From a virus (taxonomy: Duplodnaviria; Caudoviricetes): a stretch of DNA of 64,000 nucleotides. The stretch is taken from the IMG/VR virus record IMGVR_UViG_3300027759_000043; one strand, 5' to 3'. The notes beneath the pieces were generated by a model. It saw only the letters and a list, made by a program, of their open reading frames with translations. It was not told where the DNA came from and made no database searches. Below are positions 24,704 to 32,339 of this stretch, piece by piece (within the stretch, counting starts at the first letter, position 1; every line of letters starts with the position of its first letter). Both the position numbers and the translations under genes were made by a program.

Positions 24704-25366
24704 ATGACATTCGAAGATTTATGTATATTATTTTACTATCCTCCTTCTGCTGGTGGTAAGTTTATTATCAACAGTTTGAGTCTTAGTAAAAATTGTGTGT
24801 TACATTCTAATGAACTTGCGCAATGGGAACTAGATCAAACTGATATTGATTTGTTATACAAAAAAAAATTAGAAACTATCTTAAAAACTGTTCCTGAAAA
24901 TGCACTAGATGGCACTTGGCAAAAATATGAATTAGGAGACTCTTGGTTTCAAGACAAAAATCTAACGATAACACCAGATCTTCAGAAGATTATCAATAGT
25001 TCAAAACATTTTTGTTCCATATATCATAACGTTGACGAACTTCGATTAATTTTATCAATGTATCCAAGAACTCGTGTTGTAAAACTTACCAACTATGTTA
25101 ACTGGATGATTTACTGTAGTGCAAAAACAAGAATAACAGATATTGATGAAAAAAGAATCCATTGGTCGTTTATTGATAAAAATGAAATAGAATCTCCGAC
25201 AGTTGACTGGATTCTTATCGATATCGATAATTCAATAAGATCTATGGCCGTGATGCAACAGCAAATAGAAATACTTTATAACAAATTAGGATTCGACGAC
25301 TTTGACGAATCACGGTGGCGGCAGTACTATATCAAGTATGCTCAAAGTCACAAATTGGCTCCGTAG
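24704..25366 (+). CDS. Hypothetical AT-rich protein inserted between tRNAs
   Basis: TAAGTA at 24693, ATG 5 nt later; YYPPSAGGKF motif resembles YFPGAGGNF of 29296-29946; stop inside tRNA-Trp. Confidence 0.65.
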   Translation: MTFEDLCILFYYPPSAGGKFIINSLSLSKNCVLHSNELAQWELDQTDIDLLYKKKLETILKTVPENALDGTWQKYELGDSWFQDKNLTITPDLQKIINSSKHFCSIYHNVDELRLILSMYPRTRVVKLTNYVNWMIYCSAKTRITDIDEKRIHWSFIDKNEIESPTVDWILIDIDNSIRSMAVMQQQIEILYNKLGFDDFDESRWRQYYIKYAQSHKLAP

Positions 25367-25433
25367 TTCAGTCCGGCAGAACGTTGGTCTCCAAAACCAA
25401 ATGTCAGAGGTTCAAATCCTTTCGGGGTCGCCA
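25357..25433 (+). tRNA. tRNA-Trp(CCA)
   Basis: GGCTCCG/CGGGGTC, TTGGT-CTCCAAA-ACCAA, CCA. Confidence 0.92.
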
Positions 25434-25438
25434 TACAT

Positions 25439-25526
25439 GGAGGTATCGCATAGCGGTCGATTGCACGGGACTGTAAATCCTGCGTCCCAAGGGACCTCGG
25501 TGGTTCAAATCCATCTACCTCCACCA
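25439..25526 (+). tRNA. tRNA-Tyr(GTA)
   Basis: GGAGGTA/TACCTCC, CTGTAAA loop, long variable arm GTCCC/GGGAC, CCA. Confidence 0.95.
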
Positions 25527-25529
25527 TAT

Positions 25530-25603
25530 GCCTCGTTAGTTTAATGATAGAACTCCGTCTTTACACGGCGGTTACGGCAGTTCGATTTTGTCACGAGGTA
25601 TCA
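25530..25603 (+). tRNA. tRNA-Val(TAC), wobble-rich T arm, ends TCA
   Basis: GCCTCGT/ACGAGGT, CCGTC-TTTACAC-GGCGG; no encoded CCA. Confidence 0.75.
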
Positions 25604-25610
25604 TTGCTTA

Positions 25611-25794
25611 TATAAATAACTTGAGCAACGCCAGCAAGGGCTGACGTCGGACTTGATATTGACGCCTAGGGTAGAGAAACCCTTTTACTAGTGTGTTACA
25701 CGTAGAACGCCAATTCCCGTAAACATATTTCTATGTAAAGCCAGAAACATCAACAAACACTATAACAAAGTGTAAATTACTTTTTGGAACTATT
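25611..25794 (+). promoter_or_regulatory. TATAAATA late promoter followed by long structured leader of tctC-like gene
   Basis: TATAAATA at 25611; hairpins CAGC/GCTG, CGTC/GACG, AGGGT/ACCCT, GTGT/ACAC. Confidence 0.5.
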
Positions 25795-26676
25795 ATGAAA
25801 AAACTTTACATACTCTTATGCTCTGTTCTGTATTTTTGTATTGCAAGCGCGGCACCTGTTAACATTATTTTACCAGTGCCGCCAGGCGGTGTCATGACCG
25901 ATCTTGCAATGGCTCTGAGTCAAACGTTGACCGATGAAGGCATTGAAAATTTTGTATCGTATCTGCCCGGTGCAGATGGTGACATTGCATATAATACTGT
26001 GCTAAAACAACAAGATAATGTTATCTTTGAAGTTGCAGTGGCACACTCAGTATTCAGCAACGTTCTTCGTGACCGAGACAATATCTACACCAAGAATATG
26101 ACAATGATTGCACCTGTTATCCGTTCACCACTTGGATTTGTGTCTAATAACAAAAACTTTGGCTCATTTCGCGAGTTGATTGAGTATGCAAAATTAAATC
26201 CTTTGCCTTGCGGAGTAAGTGCGCCACATGGTTCAGCAGAACTAGCACGTATAAACAAAAAGTATGGAACAAGATTTGAATCAGTTCCTTACAAAGGCAA
26301 TAGTCAGTTGCGCCCTGATCTAGTAGAAGGCACATTAAGATGTGCCCTTGACAGTGTAGGATCTCACATTCCTTTGCACAATGACGGCAAACTCAAAATC
26401 CTGTCAGTTACTCATGCCACGCGAGGACTGGATGTTCTAATGATGGATCGAGTACTGCCTGGATACACATTCGATAATTGGTTTGGATTTGCTATTCCCA
26501 AGGATAGCAACATATTAAAAGACGAGCGTGTGATGAAAGTTGTTAACAACTTACACAAGTCTAAAAAACTTGAGCCATTACTTGATGCTGGATTTTTACA
26601 TGCTGTTCCACAATCAAACATCGAAAAGATCATGGATCAACAAACTGATCAGTACCGCCAACAGTTGAAAAAGTAA
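25795..26676 (+). CDS. tctC: Bug/TctC-family tripartite tricarboxylate transporter substrate-binding protein
   Basis: Signal peptide, PPGG..D..A, PGADG.IA, VPYKG, DLVEG, DNWFGFAIPK. Confidence 0.8.
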   Translation: MKKLYILLCSVLYFCIASAAPVNIILPVPPGGVMTDLAMALSQTLTDEGIENFVSYLPGADGDIAYNTVLKQQDNVIFEVAVAHSVFSNVLRDRDNIYTKNMTMIAPVIRSPLGFVSNNKNFGSFRELIEYAKLNPLPCGVSAPHGSAELARINKKYGTRFESVPYKGNSQLRPDLVEGTLRCALDSVGSHIPLHNDGKLKILSVTHATRGLDVLMMDRVLPGYTFDNWFGFAIPKDSNILKDERVMKVVNNLHKSKKLEPLLDAGFLHAVPQSNIEKIMDQQTDQYRQQLKK

Positions 26677-26677
26677 T

Positions 26678-27796
26678 ATGTACGCTTACAAGATCGACAA
26701 TCAGTTTTTTAACAATATCTATTTGGCCTTACACGAGGCAAGAAAAACTCGCAAGCAGATAGAATTTTACTGTAACGATCAAGAGTTTGACAAGTACAAC
26801 TGGACAAGCGAACCAGAAGCAACGTTAGATTTTCTCATGTCGGTCTATGCCACAAGACTGCGAAATCAACACAAACGTTTGATAATGGCATACAGTGGTG
26901 GAACAGATAGTCACACCATATACAATGTTTTTAAAAACAACAATATTCACATTGACGAGATTGTTGTCAAGACAGAGAAAAGTTCCAATCATCTTCCTAC
27001 TGCTACTGCGGATTGGTTAAGAAACAATCATTGGGATAAGACCACACTGATCACCGAGGTTGATAATTTTGATCAAGACCTCAAACTAAAAGAATCACCT
27101 GATGAAGACTGGATCTGGCGTAACGAGCGTAGCCTGTTCATGTACGGAATATCTCCAATGGGCCAAGGCATTATTGATCGGCTTGAACAGCGTTATGGAA
27201 ACACTGACTTTCGTTTGATTTGCGGGGTCGAAAAACCACGACTGATTTACAGAAACAAACATTGGTATCACCGTCAGATGGGCTTGTGTTTCCATCAAAT
27301 CATGGGCCACGAAAAAATTGTTCCGTTCTTTATGGAACCGTTGATTGCAATCAAACAAGCGCACATGTGCAAGCAAGCAGTCAAGCAATTGATTGCTGTA
27401 AACAAATTACCGTTGTATGACAACGATTGGGCTGAAGCCAAGTGGAATAAAACTCCCGAAGGATATCGTGCATGGTGCAACGGCACCGGACGTCACGATG
27501 AATTGTTTCTAGGTGTGAGTCCTGCACAAAAGGCGCTGAATGAAGTATTAGATCGAGTCGAATTTAACTTGTCTGGCAACTGGAAAAAAATGAACAATTC
27601 TAAAGATTTTAGATTATTGTATGACTTGCAAGATTCCAAACAGACTGCTGTAAACTATACCAAAGGCTTTTTGAACTTGTCAAGTGAGTTTGGATTCATT
27701 GGATGGCTTCAAGAAAACGGTTGGCTACGAAACTCTGAATCAGAATTACGTAGACTAAATTTTGTATGGTCCAAAGAATATGATTTGGGCCCGTAA
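26678..27796 (+). CDS. PP-loop (adenine nucleotide alpha hydrolase-like) protein
   Basis: MAYSGGTDSHT; G.EKPRL. Confidence 0.6.
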   Translation: MYAYKIDNQFFNNIYLALHEARKTRKQIEFYCNDQEFDKYNWTSEPEATLDFLMSVYATRLRNQHKRLIMAYSGGTDSHTIYNVFKNNNIHIDEIVVKTEKSSNHLPTATADWLRNNHWDKTTLITEVDNFDQDLKLKESPDEDWIWRNERSLFMYGISPMGQGIIDRLEQRYGNTDFRLICGVEKPRLIYRNKHWYHRQMGLCFHQIMGHEKIVPFFMEPLIAIKQAHMCKQAVKQLIAVNKLPLYDNDWAEAKWNKTPEGYRAWCNGTGRHDELFLGVSPAQKALNEVLDRVEFNLSGNWKKMNNSKDFRLLYDLQDSKQTAVNYTKGFLNLSSEFGFIGWLQENGWLRNSESELRRLNFVWSKEYDLGP

Positions 27797-27809
27797 AAAA
27801 GGATAAAAT

Positions 27810-28466
27810 ATGGACATAGGCGTTGATTATAAAAGACTAAGCGATTTTCCAGTGAAAATTCTTCAGCCACTACAAGAACTGGCATCAACAATGGATTGGT
27901 CATTACCGGACTTTGATAGGAACGGTGATTATTTGAACAACGCCATTGTTAGGGTGCCATATGGTATTCGCAAAGAACCACTGCAATCATTGACGCCAAT
28001 TATTCAACAGTTTTTAGATGCGTTTGCTCCCATTGACGCCTACATGAAAACGTTGTATCCACAACATGTATTCATCAAATGCGAAATGAACTGGCTCAAG
28101 CCTGGCGAAGTAGTGCCAATTCATAAAGATAATTGTTGGTGGCACAAACATTGTCCTCGTGTGCATGTTCCTGTAATCACAAACAAGCAATGTGGTTGGG
28201 TAGTAGAAGGACGTTTGCATCATCTACCAGTGGGCAGTTACTATGAAGTCAACAATAGAAAATTCCATTCTGCTGTTAACAATGGCAACAATGGTAGGTT
28301 GCACCTGGTGTTTGATATCATGGAACAATCGGTGTATGATAATGCTGTTGCCGCAGGAATCGACATTAGTCATCAAGACATTGTTGATCATAAACTGAGC
28401 AGTTGGGATCAATTGCCTAACGACAAAGATAACCGTCTGTTGGCTTCACTGGGGTTTGTTTTATAA
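27810..28466 (+). CDS. Aspartyl/asparaginyl beta-hydroxylase-like 2OG-Fe(II) oxygenase
   Basis: IHKD..RVHVPVITN..EVNNRKFHSAVN..RLHLVFD. Confidence 0.8.
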   Translation: MDIGVDYKRLSDFPVKILQPLQELASTMDWSLPDFDRNGDYLNNAIVRVPYGIRKEPLQSLTPIIQQFLDAFAPIDAYMKTLYPQHVFIKCEMNWLKPGEVVPIHKDNCWWHKHCPRVHVPVITNKQCGWVVEGRLHHLPVGSYYEVNNRKFHSAVNNGNNGRLHLVFDIMEQSVYDNAVAAGIDISHQDIVDHKLSSWDQLPNDKDNRLLASLGFVL

Positions 28467-28480
28467 AACTCTTTGTTGTG

Positions 28481-28509
28481 TTGACAAACAACAACTAATC
28501 GTATATAAT
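28481..28509 (+). promoter_or_regulatory. sigma70 promoter of second tRNA block
   Basis: TTGACA-17-TATAAT. Confidence 0.8.
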
Positions 28510-28528
28510 ACATGATAATAGAAACAAC

Positions 28529-28606
28529 GCACTGGTGGCAGAGTGGTCCAATGCATGGGATTGCAAATCCCAAAAGCCGCTGGTTCAAATCCAGCCCAGT
28601 GCTCCA
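28529..28606 (+). tRNA. tRNA-Cys(GCA)
   Basis: GCACTGG/CCAGTGC, TGGGA-TTGCAAA-TCCCA, U73, CCA. Confidence 0.95.
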
Positions 28607-28610
28607 AACG

Positions 28611-28841
28611 TTCCAGCGTCACTGGATAGTCTGACCCAGACGATGAGAAGTACAATGACATGTACGGGTGGTTCTGAAGAGGCAAATCTTCACATGGTAA
28701 CATGCGGTCCAACCTAACCGGCGTTAGCAACACGATAGCGGTCCCTGTCGGGAAGCGGGTGGAAGGAGTACAAGTTGCGGTGTGTAGTGGAAAGACTATC
28801 ACTCAATGCTCTATAATTACCGCCGGGGGACGCAGAGCATC
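28611..28841 (+). ncRNA. Structured ncRNA candidate E (~230 nt, many hairpins, possible pseudoknot)
   Basis: TCCAG/CTGGA, GTCT/AGAC, GTACA/TGTAC, TGAAGA/TCTTCA, CATG-GTAA-CATG, CTAAC/GTTAG; GTCCCT/GGGGAC crossing ATGCTCT/AGAGCAT. Confidence 0.65.
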
Positions 28842-28848
28842 TTATTAC

Positions 28849-28923
28849 CGCGGGATGGAGAAGCGGTAACTCGTCAGGCTCATAACCTGAAGATCGGCGG
28901 TTCGATTCCGTCTCCCGCAACCA
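28849..28923 (+). tRNA. tRNA-Met(CAT), initiator-like
   Basis: C1xA72 mismatch, TCAGG-CTCATAA-CCTGA, CCA. Confidence 0.92.
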
Positions 28924-28924
28924 A

Positions 28925-28998
28925 GCCCTTTTAGTTTAATGGTAAAACAGTTGATTTGTAATCATCAGACGTTAGTTCGATTCTATCAAGGGGCGCCA
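28925..28998 (+). tRNA. tRNA-Thr(TGT)
   Basis: GCCCTTT/AAGGGGC, TTTGTAA loop; one U-U mismatch each in anticodon and T stems. Confidence 0.8.
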
Positions 28999-29012
28999 TA
29001 CTAGGAAACATT

Positions 29013-29261
29013 ATGTTAGAATATGTCATCACCTTCTTTGCAGTATTTGCCACTGACTTGATCTATGTGTACTTTGTGAAATCAATTCAAGACAATCGTC
29101 CGCTGATGGCGGCTTGGTGGAGTATGGCGGTGACCTTTACTGCCAGTGTGGCAGTGATCAATTACACTGCGGATCACTGGGCCTTGATTCCGGCTTTGTT
29201 AGGTGCTTATTGCGGTACCTTGTTTGGCATGTGGATCAAGCGAAGAATCAACTCCGATTAG
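29013..29261 (+). CDS. Small membrane protein
   Basis: Three hydrophobic segments; SD AGGA. Confidence 0.7.
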   Translation: MLEYVITFFAVFATDLIYVYFVKSIQDNRPLMAAWWSMAVTFTASVAVINYTADHWALIPALLGAYCGTLFGMWIKRRINSD

Positions 29262-29295
29262 CATAACCCGGCAGCGCCTGTGATTTGAGACTAAT

Positions 29296-29946
29296 TCAAA
29301 TAAATGGGTCGACTCGTAATGATCGCCATTCCTGATAATAAAGTATACTACAATCAATTTCAGGAGTTAACTTTAATGCATCACAAACCATCAAGTATTG
29401 TTCCATGAAATAATCCACGCCTTTAAGAATTTGTGTCATTGACATTGTGACTGTAATCGGCAGCGCCTTTATTGTGATTTCTTCTGTGTATTGTTCATCG
29501 GTTATTTGATAGGAGGGTAAGAATATGCCAAACTGTTTAAAATAATTGAAAGAATTTTCTATCCAATGTCCATATTTTCCACAGTCAAGTTCAAGGAAAA
29601 CAATTTTTTCAAGATAAGATAATCTATCCTGATAAGTGTTAGTATGGTTTGTAACAATAGACCAATCAAAGCAAGAGTCCATCAATGGATTTTTATAATA
29701 AAAGTCTGGAGCAAAAAAATCATCACGATTATTATGAAATCTTTTAAAATCCTCCAAAGATTTGAAGCGCACCAGGTCTTTTCGTTGTTTTGCTGACATT
29801 GATTTTATTTGAATTATTTCTTCATCTGAACAGACACTAATTGGTTTGTGATAATATGGAACTGTTTCTTTGCTCAACGACAGACAAAATTTTATAAAAT
29901 TTCCTCCAGCGCCGGGAAAATAAATTACAGAGCAAGGTTTTATCAT
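29296..29946 (-). CDS. Hypothetical AT-rich protein
   Basis: TAAGTA 5 nt upstream on minus strand; YFPGAGGNF. Confidence 0.65.
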   Translation of the reverse strand: MIKPCSVIYFPGAGGNFIKFCLSLSKETVPYYHKPISVCSDEEIIQIKSMSAKQRKDLVRFKSLEDFKRFHNNRDDFFAPDFYYKNPLMDSCFDWSIVTNHTNTYQDRLSYLEKIVFLELDCGKYGHWIENSFNYFKQFGIFLPSYQITDEQYTEEITIKALPITVTMSMTQILKGVDYFMEQYLMVCDALKLTPEIDCSILYYQEWRSLRVDPFI

Positions 29947-29969
29947 AGGATTACTTATAGAGTTACATA

Positions 29970-30053
29970 GCGAGCATGAGAGAATTGGTAGATTCCAAGA
30001 ACTTACAATTCACTGCGAGATACGTCTCAATTCGACTCCGGGTGCTTGCACCA
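29970..30053 (+). pseudogene. Degenerate tRNA-Leu-type gene with TAC anticodon
   Basis: GCGAGCA/TGCTTGC+ACCA, Leu-like D loop and long variable region; loop CTTACAA; broken anticodon and T stems. Confidence 0.7.
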
Positions 30054-30203
30054 GGTGGTATCTAATTTAAACTCACGTTTGGGATTTATTAGCATAGGGT
30101 CTATCACAAAATCTCTACGCACAGTAGAAAACCAGTGTTCACGATACTGGCCTTGAGCCGCTTTGTACAATTCTTCAATGCCATGTTCAGTATCAAATCT
30201 CAT
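30027..30203 (-). CDS. 58-aa ORF (MRFDTEHGIEELYKAAQGQYREHWFSTVRRDFVIDPMLINPKREFKLDTTWCKHPESN), antisense to pseudo-tRNA
   Basis: TAAATA 5 nt upstream of ATG; missed by the 60-aa cutoff. Confidence 0.55.
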   Translation of the reverse strand: MRFDTEHGIEELYKAAQGQYREHWFSTVRRDFVIDPMLINPKREFKLDTTWCKHPESN

Positions 30204-30250
30204 AGCAATATTTATTACAAGTATTGCTCTCTCTAATGCTAACTAATAGC

Positions 30251-30898
30251 ATGATCAAAAGAATTGTTGCATATGGGGACAGTATTACCTATGGATACGA
30301 CTTGCCTGACTGTGACGATTGCCCTAGCAATTTAACTTATGCCGCACTAGTGGCCAAGCATTACGGACTAGAGTATGAATGTCGTGCAGTAGGATCAAAC
30401 GCCAATCAAAGTATCACAAGAAATCTACTAGATTCAGAAATACTATCAACAGATCTAGTGATAATCATGTGGACTTTTATAGATCGTAAAGATTTTTTAT
30501 TTGATGGTGCACTAGGATGGCGCAGTATTTCCGTACACCATACATCTCAGTATCCTTTTGCAAGTGAGTATTATAGATATATCGATACCTCACTTGATTA
30601 CGAACTGTACTTGACTCATAAAGAAATTGTAATTGTGCAAAAATATTTAGAAGCAAATCACATACCTTTTTTATTTTTGTCTGCTACTGATACTATTCTC
30701 AAAAGTTTAAATTGGGATAATACAAATCTATTGCACCTAATAGACAGATCAAAATGGGTAATACCTTTCCAAGGTCAAGGATTTTACGATTGGACCAAAG
30801 ATCAACGTTTAACAGTGCCCAAAGGAGGACATCCAAACGAATCGGCCAATCGTATTCTTGCTGATTACATAATCAGTCAGGATTTAATTAGTAAGTGA
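30251..30898 (+). CDS. SGNH hydrolase-like protein
   Basis: AYGDSITYG, GSNANQ, GGHP. Confidence 0.65.
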   Translation: MIKRIVAYGDSITYGYDLPDCDDCPSNLTYAALVAKHYGLEYECRAVGSNANQSITRNLLDSEILSTDLVIIMWTFIDRKDFLFDGALGWRSISVHHTSQYPFASEYYRYIDTSLDYELYLTHKEIVIVQKYLEANHIPFLFLSATDTILKSLNWDNTNLLHLIDRSKWVIPFQGQGFYDWTKDQRLTVPKGGHPNESANRILADYIISQDLISK

Positions 30899-30907
30899 AA
30901 ATATAAA

Positions 30908-30997
30908 GGAGACGTGGCCGAGTGGCCTATGGCACCGGATTACTAACCCGGCGAGGTAGCAATACCTCCGTGAGTTCGAATCTCACCGTCTCCGCCA
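30908..30997 (+). tRNA. tRNA-Ser body with ACT anticodon
   Basis: GGAGACG/CGTCTCC, G73, long arm GAGGTA-GCAA-TACCTC, perfect T arm; loop TTACTAA; A31-C39 mismatch. Confidence 0.85.
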
Positions 30998-31003
30998 GTC
31001 AAA

Positions 31004-31077
31004 GCGGGATTAGTTTAATGGTAAAACGAGATCCTTCCAAGTTCAAGTCAGCGGTTCGATTCCGCTATCCCGCTCCA
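31004..31077 (+). tRNA. tRNA-Gly(TCC)
   Basis: GCGGGAT/ATCCCGC, CTTCCAA loop, U73, CCA; weak anticodon stem. Confidence 0.85.
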
Positions 31078-31079
31078 GA

Positions 31080-31781
31080 CTATTTCACAGTGGCCAACCG
31101 CAAGGCCCTGAGGATGCAGATGTACATCCAACCTACATCAAACTCCCACCAGTTTCGACTGAGTCGGGCACTGGCCGGGTCCAGGTGATGATTGTTGTGC
31201 AATTCTTCACCGCCAACCACAATGCCCCAAGGCACAAGATTACGACTGAGATCTCGAGTTTCTCCGTTCCTGTATCCTGCCCAATGACCTAGACCATTGA
31301 TGACTCCGGCGGCCCAGAGTGGTATCCATATCATTTGAATGCCCCAGATCACAGGTCCCCACCAACCAAACATTACTGTATTGAACACAAGGACCAGGCC
31401 AATGCCAAGTCTACTGTGAGGAGTGTATATGTTGCGCTCCACCCAATCAGCAGGAGTGCCACGACCATATGTACTAACCATATCTTTATCTTTTGATGCC
31501 TCATGATATAATACTGCTCCTCGAAAAAATACTTGCACAATTCCATACACATGTGGTGAGTGTGGGTCGCCTGCTCGATCACTGTATCTGTGATGCTTGC
31601 GGTGTATGGCCACCCATTGTTTGGTGACCATGCCTGTTGTGAGCCACAGCCATGCTCGCATGAAATGTTCAATCATGGGATGAAACTCTACTGATTTGTG
31701 TGCTTGGCCACGATGTAGGTACAATGTCACACATGCTATAGTGATGTGTGTTACGATTAGGGTGTATAATAATTCAGTCAT
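31080..31781 (-). CDS. Fatty acid (acyl-CoA/acyl-lipid delta-9 type) desaturase
   Basis: His boxes HRGQAH, HRKHH, HNNHH; SPH; WEFDVGW. Confidence 0.9.
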   Translation of the reverse strand: MTELLYTLIVTHITIACVTLYLHRGQAHKSVEFHPMIEHFMRAWLWLTTGMVTKQWVAIHRKHHRYSDRAGDPHSPHVYGIVQVFFRGAVLYHEASKDKDMVSTYGRGTPADWVERNIYTPHSRLGIGLVLVFNTVMFGWWGPVIWGIQMIWIPLWAAGVINGLGHWAGYRNGETRDLSRNLVPWGIVVGGEELHNNHHLDPASARLSRNWWEFDVGWMYICILRALRLATVK

Positions 31782-31843
31782 GTATTACTTAGCGGTTTTA
31801 CAACGCAGGTTCGGCTATAAGTACAATAGTTAGGGAATTTACC

Positions 31844-32032
31844 ATGAGCCGGACATTGATCTGGGTTTTATCGTTTAGTGTGCTAGGGCCAGTGCCTGAA
31901 CACGGCGAACAAGCCAAGTTCAAAACTCAAGCCGAATGCGAGCAGGCCCGGGATCAAAAACGCGAAGAATTCCGATCCCAAAACAAACGGATCGTGGCGT
32001 CTTGTCATCTCAGCACAAAGGTTGACAAATAA
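31844..32032 (+). CDS. Small hypothetical (possibly secreted) protein
   Basis: Hydrophobic N-terminus, two Cys; TAAGTA upstream. Confidence 0.55.
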   Translation: MSRTLIWVLSFSVLGPVPEHGEQAKFKTQAECEQARDQKREEFRSQNKRIVASCHLSTKVDK

Positions 32033-32050
32033 TCAAAATAAATATATACT
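32022..32050 (+). promoter_or_regulatory. sigma70 promoter of tmRNA
   Basis: TTGACA(32022)-17-TATACT(32045). Confidence 0.8.
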
Positions 32051-32056
32051 GCTAGT

Positions 32057-32339
32057 TATTGCTGTATGAAGCAGATAAAAATGGATTCAAGACTCGGGGG
32101 CAGTGCCCGAATGGTCCACCAGAAGCATAATCGATTGGCTCATAGCCAGTTGAGACATAAGAAACATGATTGTGCTTCTGGTGGGCCATACACAGGATCG
32201 ATTGGGTCAGAAGTATTGAAGTGGACAGCACATCAGAGTAGATGTTAAAACTAAAAAAAAGTAAACGCAAACGACTCACAGTTCGCATTGGCCGCGTAAA
32301 GTAGCCTAGGGTAGGAAATACCTCGTAACAGAAACCACC
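32057..32339 (+). ncRNA. ssrA: Two-piece (circularly permuted) tmRNA, tag ANDSQFALAA
   Basis: Acceptor piece ends TCGGG-GGCAGTG-CCCGA-ATGGTCC-A-CCA (32121); 17-bp intervening hairpin; coding piece starts GGGCCAT (32183) giving G3-U70; tag ORF 32267-32299. Confidence 0.9.

Noticed and set aside
28628-28700. Hammerhead ribozyme in CTGACCC..GATGAG
   Set aside because: The CUGANGA and GAAA core elements are not present in the right order and spacing around three stems.
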